Source: Octopus sinensis (lineage: Eukaryota). Taken from it: a stretch of DNA of 35,319 bases. Every line of letters begins with the position of its first letter. Position 1 is the stretch's first letter. The notes beneath the pieces were generated by a model. The model ran no database searches. It was not told the origin of the DNA and saw nothing but the letters and a program-made list of their open reading frames with translations. The stretch lies in the NCBI RefSeq assembly GCF_006345805.1, contig NW_021828079.1:1-35319 (forward strand). Direction: 5' to 3'. The position numbers were made by a program, and so were the translations under genes. Of this stretch, positions 23,533-33,690 are shown in pieces.

Positions 23533-23725
23533 GGGAAATCACGAAAAAAAAACAACAACAAAAGACGAAGACAGGTGGTGTAGAAAACAAACAGATGTAT
23601 TAGTTTAACGTTCGGGAAGTGAAAAAGACTTTGACGTTTCGAGCCTACGCTCTTCCACAGAAAGGAACATAGAAAGGAGAGAAACAAGGAGAGAGAAAAT
23701 GTGTGTAGTGGCTACCGATCTATCA
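23533..23725 (-). mobile_element. Element D
   Basis: Hammerhead-like motif at ~23629-23665 (core CTGTGGA, GUC triplet). Confidence 0.85.
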
Positions 23726-23800
23726 TGGCGAATGCCGGACAGAATGGTCACACAGGAGAGCTAATAAGAAGTAGGGGATATATATATATATATACAATAT

Positions 23801-23872
<72 letters not shown>

Positions 23873-23876
<4 letters not shown>

Positions 23877-24246
23877 CTTGACTGCGTCGTCACGAATGAC
23901 CATGGGTGCACCTAAGAAGTTCCCCTCCGGGGTACGTATCTGGGCGAAAAATTCGCCTCACCAGTGAACGGACAACCTAGGTTTGTTTTTATGGAAGACC
24001 AGCAGTCACCCATGCATACCAGCCTCTCCTCTCCATGCCCCCGATGTTATTTAAGGGAAAGGCAAAGGGGTCGATACAGCTTGACACCAGTGATGCTGCA
24101 ACTCATTTCCACAGCTGAGCAAACTGGAGCAGCGTGAAATAAAGTGTCTTGCTCAGGAACATAACCATGCAGCGCAGTGCGGGAATCGAGCTCACAGCCA
24201 CACGATCGTAGCTTGACGCTCTAATCCCTGGGCCATGCGTCTTCAC
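23873..24246 (-). mobile_element. tRNA-headed SINE related to family E, different 3' body
   Basis: Minus-strand head GTGAAGACGCATGGCCCAGGGATTAGAGCG...GAGCTCGATTCCC; shares GAAATAAAGTGTCTTGCTCA with 23110-23130 and 28265-28285. Confidence 0.65.
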
Positions 24247-24247
24247 T

Positions 24248-24620
<373 letters not shown>

Positions 24621-24778
24621 GGGAGAATTCACAAAAAAAAAATGGAAGACGATGACAGGTGCTGTAGACAACATACAGATGTATTAGTTTAACGCCCGGG
24701 AAGTGAAAAAGTCTTTTAACTTTTCGAGCCTACGCTCTTTCCACAGAAAGGAAAACAGGAAGAAACAGGGAAATGGGA
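24621..24778 (-). mobile_element. Element D with degenerate ribozyme motif
   Basis: Core CTGTGGA and stem II intact; helix III mutated (GAAAAGTTA). Confidence 0.8.
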
Positions 24779-24792
24779 AATATATATACATC

Positions 24793-25606
24793 AGGCTTCT
24801 TTCGATTTCCGTTTTACGAAATCCACTCACTAGGCTTTAGTCGGATCGACGATATAGTAGAAAGCACTTGTCCAAGGTGCCACATAGTGGGACTGAACTC
24901 AGAACCATGAGACAGGGAAGCAAACTACTTACCACACCCATGCCTGCATATGAAACAATTCTATCACATGTATGTAACTCTCTTCTGGACATATAATTAT
25001 TTTCTTTGCATGTACTTACAACTTATGTATGTTACTCTCCATTCATCTGGCGTTCTCTCTATGATACGCATTTCATTCCGTCATTCTAACTAAACCACAC
25101 ATTTCATTCTCTTATTCTATACATAGAACACGCTTCGTTCTTTCATTCTAGTTTATACCTCACACAGAAATGCATTATATAATGAATCACTCAAACATTT
25201 GCGATATAAATACATTAATCAATTAATCAATAGCTGAGCAGTCCCCGGACCAATTGAGATCAATGGGCGTGAAAATGGGGAATGTTGTTGTCGTTGCTGG
25301 CATACCTTCTCAAGTACACTTAAAATGATAATTCACGGGGTCGATAAAGTAAAGTACCATTCAAGAACAGGATCGATAAAATCGAAGAACGCCTCCTCCA
25401 AAACTTCAAGCCTTGTGTCTTTTAATAGAATGAATTATAAGCTGTAAGAATAAGAATATTGAGGTTTTAATTCACAGATCAGTTAAATAGTCCATTAATT
25501 GCTGTCAGGTTGCGTGGTGCCCCAATAGCTCAGTGGTTTAGAGCACTGGTTTCGTAAATCAGGAGTCGTGAGTTCGAATCTCACTTGGGGCAGTTTTCTT
25601 GGTACA
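24793..25606 (+). repeat. Left arm of long inverted duplication
   Basis: Reverse complement of 30585-31396; about 14 differences over 24901-25518 by eye. Confidence 0.95.
25519..25592 (+). tRNA. tRNA-Thr-CGT: tRNA-Thr(CGT), copy 1
   Basis: 74 nt cloverleaf: acceptor GCCCCAA/TTGGGGC, D stem GCTC/GAGC, anticodon loop TT-CGT-AA (one G-U in the stem), T loop TTCGAAT; T4 terminator at 25594-25597. Confidence 0.93.
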
Positions 25607-25614
25607 TCATTTAT

Positions 25615-26017
25615 CGGTTTGAACGGCAGTTTTTTCTAGCGGTGTCATATGAAATTGTCACCCATAATTATGACCCTAGAATCGATCTATTGCATTTCAA
25701 TCACTTTTAGGGTTGGGGTGGGGTGGAAGGGTATCTTTTTTTCTTCACAAATGTAAATAAACCCAATCTGTTTCTTAAACGAGGGACATATTCATATGGC
25801 ACAGAATGTTTTTTATCTCAATGGACGTCAGTGATTGGTTGAAATTGCAGAAATTGAAGAAAAAAACAACAAATATCTTACAAACTATAGAATTTTCTCA
25901 ATAAAGCCAAGAGAAAAAGATGTTTTATAAACACATTCTACCAGTATACGAAGTTTAAAATTTTTTAGTTACGTGGAAATTATTTTAAAAAACTGCCGTT
26001 CAACCCGAAAAGATCCC
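25615..26017. mobile_element. Non-autonomous TIR (MITE-like) element, copy A
   Basis: Ends CGGTTTGAACGGCAGTTTTT ... AAAAACTGCCGTTCAACCCGAAAAGATCCC; left TIR slightly truncated. Confidence 0.88.
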
Positions 26018-26318
26018 GTATCTCTTTTGCTCCACACACGAAACCAACAAATATTACGTAATGTTCAAATTTCTACGACGCGAGTGTATTGGCCAGGCTT
26101 ACGTCATGAGATCGTAATATTAGATGGTGCGTCTGTTATTCCTTCACGATACGAACTAATGAAGTGAAATTGATATAACCGCCATTGTAATAGTGTATTG
26201 CATATGTCCGTAGAATAATTACCTCAAGAGAGTAGAAGAAAATGTTTGCCGCCTAAACTATATTGGGTAAAGGTTTGCACACCAAAATATAATTACATTA
26301 TGCATAGTAGGTGGGAAT

Positions 26319-26733
26319 CTTTTCGGTTTGAACGGCAGTTTTTAACATAATTTCTAGGTAACTAAAAAATTTTAAACTTCGTATACTGGTAGAATGTGTT
26401 TATAAAACATCTTTTTCTCTTGGCTTTATTGAGAAAATTCTATAGTTTGTAAGATATTTGTTGTTGTTTTTTCTTCAATTTCTACAATTTCAACCAATCA
26501 CTGACGTCTAATGAGGTAAAAAAAAACATTCTGTGCCGTATGAATATGTCCCTCGTTTAAGAAACAGATTGGGTTTATTTACATTTGTGAAGAAAAAATA
26601 TACTCTTCCCCCCACCCCTAGCCCTAACCCTAACCCTAAAAAAATGAATAGATCGATACTAGGGTCATAATTATGGGGGACAATTTCAAATGACACCGCT
26701 AGAAAAAAACTGCCGTTCAAACCGAAAAGATCC
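26319..26733. mobile_element. TIR element, copy B (opposite orientation)
   Basis: Same TIRs; 12 bp direct repeat GTAGGTGGGAAT at 26307-26318 and 26734-26745. Confidence 0.9.
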
Positions 26734-26925
26734 GTAGGTGGGAATAGCATGAATGCTACAACTTAAATTCCTTCCTCAATTTAGTATGTTTCAATATATT
26801 GTTAGGTGAACATGAACAGCAAATATCTAAACAATAATCATTATATTCATATTAGCAGCAGCAAATGACACTTTAAATAGATCGACCAAAGTAATAGTGC
26901 AATAACAAAGATCCCGAAGCGTGGT

Positions 26926-26999
26926 GCCCCAATAGCTCAGTGGTTTAGAGCACTGGTTTCGTAAACCAGGAGTCGCGAGTTCGAATCTCGCTTGGGGCA
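26926..26999 (+). tRNA. tRNA-Thr-CGT: tRNA-Thr(CGT), copy 2
   Basis: Perfect cloverleaf; T stem GCGAG/CTCGC; T-run terminator ~17 nt downstream. Confidence 0.95.
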
Positions 27000-27210
27000 G
27001 TACTTGTTCGATAACTTTTTTTTTATATTTTAAATTGGGATAAATTTCTTTTGTTAAGGCGCGCGTGGTTATTTTAGTTAAGCGATACATTAATTCCTCC
27101 ACTGTCGCTGCTGTTACGTTCCAAAACCTCCCGCAGAAATAATTAAAATATAGATACCTATCGGCCACAAAAACCCGCGATATAAATTTGCATATGTAAG
27201 CCAGAAAGAT

Positions 27211-27285
27211 CCGTGATATACTGAGTGCGTGATAAGTGAGCCGCGATGTACTGAGTGTGCAATAGGTGAGCCGCGATATGGTGAG
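27211..27285. repeat. 30 bp tandem repeat, ~2.5 units
   Basis: CCG(T/C)GAT(A/G)TACTGAGTG...GTGAG starts at 27211, 27241 and 27271. Confidence 0.75.
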
Positions 27286-27404
27286 GGATTACTGTACACC
27301 ATTGAATGCATTTCAGCGTATTACTGGTATGTGTAATTAGATCGTGTATACCACAGTGAAAGTAGACAAGTGTAGCAGGTAATAAAACAATATTTTTTTA
27401 ATCA

Positions 27405-27569
27405 TAGGCGCAGGAGTGGCTGTGTGGTAAGTAGCTTGCTTACCAACCACATGGTTCCGGGTTCAGTCCCACTGCGTGGCACCTTGGGCAAGTGTCTTCT
27501 ACTATAGCCTCGGGCCGACCAAAACTTTGAGTGGATTTGGTAGACGGAAACTGAAAGAAGCCCGTCGTA

Positions 27570-27619
<50 letters not shown>

Positions 27620-27840
27620 CGTGTGTGTTTGTGTGTCTGTATTTGTCCCTTAGTATCGTTTGACAACCGATGCTGGTGTGTTTATGTTCCCGTCACTTAG
27701 CGGTTCGGCAAAAAGAGACCAATAGAATAAGTACTGGGCTTACAAAGAATAAGTCCCGGGGTCGAGTTGCTCGACTAAAGTTGGTGCTCCAGCATGGCCG
27801 CTGTCAAATGACTGAAACAAGTAAAAGAGTAAAGAGTAAA
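27405..27840 (+). mobile_element. Family B SINE, full length
   Basis: End-to-end match with the other copies. Confidence 0.9.
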
Positions 27841-28327
27841 GGAGTATTTGGAATACCTGTTTGGAAATTTTCCAATATTTTTCAATAGGACTCGTTTCAG
27901 CAATGGACAAAGTAATAGCAAATCAACAGATACCACTGAATAATTAAGCCTTTTAGGGCAATTTACTTGCAATATGAGAGTCGCCAGATTAAACTGAGAG
28001 CAGGCAAACATTTATTTTTGAATGTTTCGGCGGGCATTGTATTGCAAATAATGAGATGGTTTGCAGACATCACAATGAGTTTAAATTTTTGTTTTAACCA
28101 ATCATAAAACCGTGATGTAGAATGGAAAGGGAGAAATGAGATGCTAAAATGGCTAGAGAAGGAACAAACAGCAACAAGATTCTTAAGGCACGGGATGGGA
28201 TGAGGCTGGCCCTTAAAATTACATGTACAGCTCAGTCTTCCCAGCTGAGTGGACTGGTGCAATGTGAAATAAAGTGTCTTGCTCAAGGACATGATGCACC
28301 GCCAGGAATCGAACTCATGATATATAT

Positions 28328-28544
28328 ACTCTTTTACTCTCTTTTACCTGTTTCAGTCGTTTGACTGCGGCCATGCTGGAGCACCGCCTTAAATCAAGCA
28401 ACTCGACCCCGGGACTTATTCTTTTGTAAGCCCAGTACATATTCTATCGGTCTCTTTTGCCGAACCGCTAAGTAACGGGGACATAAACACACCAGCATCG
28501 GTTGTCAAGCAATGCTGGGGGGACAAACACAGACACACAAACAT

Positions 28545-28615
<71 letters not shown>

Positions 28616-28778
28616 ACGGGCATCTTTCAGTTTCCGTCTACCAAATCCACTCACAAAGCTTTGTTCGGCCCGCGGCTATAGCAGAAGACACTTGCCCAAG
28701 GTGCCACGCAGTGGGACTGAACCCGGAAGTATGTGGTTGGTAAACAAGTTACTTACCACACAGCCACTCCTGCGCCTA
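28328..28778 (-). mobile_element. Family B SINE, full length
   Basis: End-to-end reverse-complement match. Confidence 0.9.
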
Positions 28779-29006
28779 TGTACATTTATAGTTACGTGTC
28801 TTTCCATTTTTAATATGGTAGAGGCCAATTCTTGGAAATTTGCCTGCTATTCTTAGCGAAATTTATCTTCGATAGTTCAAAATGATGTACGAAATTTTAA
28901 ATACCAATAAATATCCTAAACACTACTCAATCTAAGATCATATTCTCTAACTGCGAAAATTTCGTAGCACAAAATTATCGTCAGTTTGTAAAAGAATGCA
29001 ACTTAC

Positions 29007-29080
29007 TGCCCCAAGTGAGATTCGAACTCACGACTCCTGGTTTACGAAACCAGTGCTCTAAACCACTGAGCTATTGGGGC
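29007..29080 (-). tRNA. tRNA-Thr-CGT: tRNA-Thr(CGT), copy 3
   Basis: Reverse complement is the same 74 nt cloverleaf; T4 run ~14 nt downstream. Confidence 0.95.
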
Positions 29081-29175
29081 ACAACGAATAAAGGTATTTA
29101 TTATTGCACTGTAACTCTGGTCGATCATATTAAAGCAACATCTGTCACTAATGTAAATGTAATGATTAAGCCGGC

Positions 29176-29478
29176 GATGTGTCTTGAATTCTGTGTGTGT
29201 ACGTGTGTGTGTGTATGTGTGTGTTTGTGTGTGTTTGTGTATGTCCTATTAAATTTGAACTGATGTCTCTCGAATTCTGTGTATGTGTGTGTTTGTGTGT
29301 GTTTGTGTATGTCCTATTAAATTTGAACTGATGTCTCTCGAATTCTGTGTGTGTGTGTATGTGTGTGTTTGTGTATGTCCTATTAAATTTGAACTGATGT
29401 CTCTCGAATTCTGTGTGTGTGTGTATGTGTGTGTTTGTGTATGTCCTATTAAATTTGAACTGATGTCTCTCGAATTCT
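29176..29478. repeat. Minisatellite, 66-86 bp unit with embedded (TG)n
   Basis: GAATTC recurs at 29186, 29272, 29340, 29406 and 29472. Confidence 0.92.
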
Positions 29479-29649
29479 CACTGTATTGATCTAAGCCGCA
29501 ATATTATTCAGAAGAATCGTTGAGTTTACTTTCTTTATGAATCACACTTACTTTTGATAATGTACTCGGAACCTCCCGGATATGTATTTAGGTCGTTAGA
29601 ATAAGATCACCACTAAATTCTTCAGTGAACTGAGAAAGTTGTCAATTTT

Positions 29650-30077
29650 GGGTTCTTTTCGGTTTGAACGGCAGTTTTTACTAGCGGTGTCATATGAAAT
29701 TGTCACCCATAATTATGACCCTAGTATCGATCTATTGCATTTCAATCTGTTTTAGGGTTAGGGTTAGTTAGGGTTAGGGGTGGGGGAAGGGTATCTTTTT
29801 TTCTTCACAAATGTAAATAAACCCGATCTGTTTCTTAAACAAGGGACATATTCATACGGCACAGAATGTTTTCACCTCAATAGACGTCATTGATTGGTTG
29901 AAATTGCAGAAATTGAAGAAAGAAAACAACAAATATCTTAGAAACTATAGAATTTTCTCAATAAAGCCAAGAGAAAAAGATGTTTTATAAATACATTCTA
30001 CCAGTATACGAAGTTTAAAAGTGTTTAGTTACGTGGAAATTATTTTAAAAAACTGCCGTTCAAACCGAAAAGATCCC
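29650..30077. mobile_element. TIR element, copy C
   Basis: GGGTTCTTTTCGGTTTGAACGGCAG ... CTGCCGTTCAAACCGAAAAGATCCC; 29 bp exact direct repeat at 29622-29650 and 30086-30114. Confidence 0.9.
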
Positions 30078-30584
30078 TATATTCATCAGTGAACTGAGAA
30101 AGTTGTCAATTTTGCTTATAGTTAACATTGTTATTTTTGTCTTTGTTGCTTAGCCCCTAGTCTATCTTTTATCAAAGATCTTCCAATCATGGTCCTTTCA
30201 TCTATTTCTATTTCTATAAATACATTCTCCGATGAGTGATTGATTATTTAAATGGCAGTTTCAGTAATGGGTAGAGAGTTATATGTACGATTGAGTGTTA
30301 CACATGTAACAGAGTGTTACATAAACAATTGGATTTAAAGCGGTTTCACGCCAACGGCTTCGATTTCATCTTTCAAAACCCCAGACACGTCCTGGAGATT
30401 TGTATGTGATTTGTAGCACGTAGAGCGACCACGTAGAAGCATTCCCATTTATTGACAGAGAAAAACATGTAAGAATTATGGGATACCAGTGCTATACTGG
30501 AATCCGTTCAACAGAACAACGACCTGGTCTTTAAACCAAATAGAAACCACCAAAAATACGAAATAATTGTCATCTAATAAAAAC

Positions 30585-31394
30585 TGTACCAAGTAAACTG
30601 CCCCAAGTGAGATTCGAACTCACGACTCCTGGTTTACGAAACCAGTGCTCTAAACCACTGAGCTATTGGGGCACCACGCAAACTGACAGCAATTAATGGA
30701 CTATTTAACTGATCTGTGAATTAAAACCTCAACATTCTTATTCTTAGAGCTTATAATTCATTCTATTAAAAGACACAAGGCTTGAAGTTTTGGAGGAGGT
30801 GTTCTTCGATTTTATCGATCCTGTTCTTGAATGGTACTTTACTTTATCGACCCTGTAAATTATCATTTTAAGTGTACTTGAGAAGGTATGCCAGCAACGA
30901 CAACAACATTCCCCATTTTCACGCCCATTGATCTCAATTGGTCCGGGGACTGCTCAGCTATTGATTAATTGATTCGTGTATTTATATCGCAAATGTTTGA
31001 GTGATTCATTATATAATGTATTTCTGTGTGAGGTATAAACTAGAATGAAAGAACGAAGCGTGTTCTATGTATAGAATAAGAGAATGAATGTGTGGTTTAG
31101 TTAGAATGACGGAATGAAATGCGTAGCATAGAGAGAACGCCAGATGAATGGAGAGTAACATACATAAGTTGTGAGTACATGCAAAGAAAACAATTATATG
31201 TCCAGAAGAGAGTTACATACATGTGATAGAATTGTTTCATATGCAGGCATGGGTGTGGTAAGAAGTTTGCTTCCCTGTCTCATGGTTCTGGGTTCAGTCC
31301 CACTGTGTGGCACCTTGGGCAAGTTTCTTCTACTATAGCCTCGGGCCGACCAAAGCCTAGTGAGTCGATTTCTTTGACGGAAATCGAAAGAAGC

Positions 31395-31396
<2 letters not shown>
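30585..31396 (-). repeat. Right arm of long inverted duplication
   Basis: Reverse complement of 24793-25606. Confidence 0.95.
30599..30672 (-). tRNA. tRNA-Thr-CGT: tRNA-Thr(CGT), copy 4
   Basis: Identical to copy 3 over 74 nt; T5 run ~15 nt downstream. Confidence 0.95.
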
Positions 31397-31443
<47 letters not shown>

Positions 31444-31572
31444 CCATCCCTCATTAAACACACACACACTCTCTCACAATGATAAAAGAAATATAATTTA
31501 TGGTCTACCTCCCCGCCACCACACACTCAGCCTAGTGAGTCGATTTCTTTGACGGAAATCGAAAGAAGCCTG

Positions 31573-31609
<37 letters not shown>

Positions 31610-31671
31610 ACCATCCCCTATATATACCCACAAAACACACACTCTCTCACAATGATAAAAAGAAATATAAT
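31354..31671. repeat. Local tandem duplication, period ~175 bp
   Basis: AGCCTAGTGAGTCGATTTCTTTGACGG...(TA)n...CTCTCACAATGATAAAAGAAATATAAT at 31354-31497 and 31529-31671. Confidence 0.9.
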
Positions 31672-32118
31672 ATCAGTGACACTGTGAAATGGTCAAAACT
31701 GAAATTCTTTTTCCCAAGACCTTAGAACCCCCTTGGAGTTAATATTCTGTCCAGCAGACCAAAAAATTATTTACTTCTTCTACCCTCTCCCTTCCCCTCT
31801 TTTTCTTTAGCACTCATCCCAAAATACAAAAACACACACACACATACACACATGTTCTCTCTCTCACTTTCTCCTCATCCATCACCCTCTTGTACTGTCT
31901 TATATTCCTCCCCACCACTACAAACTCAATACCACTATAAAATGGTCGAAACTCCTCACACAGGAACTTAGTTTGATTTGAAAACCCCACTAGAATGGGA
32001 GAAAGCGCTAATACATGATCTAAGTTATATGATATATAAAAAATGTAATATACAAATAAATATCTGTAAATATAAACCATCCGATTTTCTAAGTACCTCA
32101 TTTCTTCTAATAATATAT

Positions 32119-32157
<39 letters not shown>

Positions 32158-32160
<3 letters not shown>

Positions 32161-32300
32161 GTTTCTTTCTGTGGAAGAGCGTAGGCTCGAAACTTTAAAA
32201 GACTTTTCCCTTCTCGAGCGTTAAACTAATACTGCTGTATGTTGTCTACACCACCTGTCTTCGTCTTCCGTTTTTTGTGATCCGAGATACGTAACATTGC
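32158..32300 (+). mobile_element. Element D, opposite orientation
   Basis: CTTT-CTGTGGA-A-GAGCGTAGGCTC-GAAAC-TTTA-AAAGAC at 32165-32203; helix III degenerate. Confidence 0.85.
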
Positions 32301-32314
32301 TTTCGAAATTTGGC

Positions 32315-32475
32315 ACAGGGTCAAACAATTTTGAGTGAGTGGGTAGGTTGATTACATCAACCCCAGAAATCAACTGAGGCGTATTTTGTTGATCCCTGAA
32401 AAGAGGGTAGGTAGATTCGACCCCAACGGAATTTGAAATGAGAACGTAAAGTTGGAAGAAATGGCTTTAAGCATT
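32315..32475 (-). mobile_element. Degenerate family A SINE
   Basis: CATCAACCCCAG...GATCCCTGAAAAG...GAATTTGAAATGAGAACGTAAAG. Confidence 0.55.
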
Positions 32476-32709
32476 TTTCATCATGGTTGAACTTGATAAA
32501 GACAATGTTGTGAGACAGCGATCAAAACAGGGAACAGGGAACAAAACAGGGAACAACGATCAAATCTTCAGCCAGTAATCCTTCCATGTATTTGCACATT
32601 CAACTGAGTGGCATTCCATCGGTTATGCCGAGGGTTCCAGATAATCCGATCAACGGAACATCCTGCTCAACAGTACTCCACAAAAACGCAGTTCTTAAGA
32701 TTCTTAAGA

Positions 32710-33005
32710 GTGGAGGCACATGGCCTAGTGGTTAGAGCAGCGGACTCGCGGTCGAGGGATCGCGGGTTCGAATCTCAGACCGGGTGATGTGTGTGTTTAT
32801 GAGCGAAACACCCAAGCCTCACGCGGCTCCGGCAGAAGGTAATAGCGAACTTCTGCTGACTCTTCCGCCACAACTTTCTCTCACTCTTTCTTCGTGCATC
32901 GTGCAGCTCACCTGCGACGTACCGGCGTCCCGTCCAGGTGGGGAACCTATGCTCCAAGGAAACCGGGAAACCGGCCCTAATGAGCCAGGCGTGGCTCGAG
33001 AAAGA
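32710..33005 (+). mobile_element. SINE with family C head and family E-type body
   Basis: Head matches 4406-4585; 3' part CTGCGACGTACCGGCGTCCCGTCCAG...GAAACCGGGAAACCGGCCC matches the family E pieces. Confidence 0.8.
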
Positions 33006-33419
33006 AGGAAGAAAGAAATTTCAATGGTTTAGGGCACCGATGTAACGTGTTCGAACCCTATTTGGAGAAACGTTCTTTCAGTAAATTTTCTTTATTTAAC
33101 GCTGAAATGTTTGTTTTGGCGTGGATCAAGTTATTATTTTTTAATGAAAAGATCATGAATTGACTCTTGTATAGCACTGGTGATTTTAATGCTACCATCT
33201 TGCGTGGCAAAGACGAAATTGATAAAAACGAAGATAGATTGTAATGGCTTCTAGGCCTACCGAAAAACGGTGCTCTGATAATTGTTGTTTTTTTTTAACA
33301 ATGCTATCGTTTCTTGCTCTGTTGATCTATACAATACTGCAATGGTTATATATTTCTCGAAACACTAAAAAAGTAGCTTCTGTGAAATCGCTTGAATTGT
33401 TAGAAAAAGCAGTTGATAC

Positions 33420-33456
33420 TTTCTTCCTTCCTTCTTTTCTTTCTTTCTTTCTTTCC

Positions 33457-33493
<37 letters not shown>

Positions 33494-33690
33494 TACTTTT
33501 CTTCTCATCTTTCATTCATTCATTCATACATTCGTCCATTCATTGAATTCTTTCCTTCACACGCTCTCTCTCTCTCTCTCTGTCCTCAGTCGCTCTCTCT
33601 CTTTGTCTCAGTCTGTCTGTCTGTCTGTCTGTCATTCTGTCTCCTTCTCTCTCTGCCTCTATCTGTCTCCTCTCCCTTCTCCTTCTCACT
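33420..33690. repeat. (TTTC)n/(TTCA)n/(TC)n/(TGTC)n pyrimidine tract
   Basis: Direct reading. Confidence 0.9.

Noticed and set aside
29176-29478. Constant block plus variable spacer as a CRISPR-like array, or CTGATGT..GAAT as a hammerhead
   Set aside because: The spacers are near-identical TG microsatellites in eukaryotic DNA with no cas genes; the core lacks GA and GAAA and has no stem II.
30340-30520. Moderately GC-rich unique stretch with a small hairpin (GATACCAGT/ACTGGAATC) and a short minus-strand ORF
   Set aside because: No recognisable RNA family, domain or splice context.
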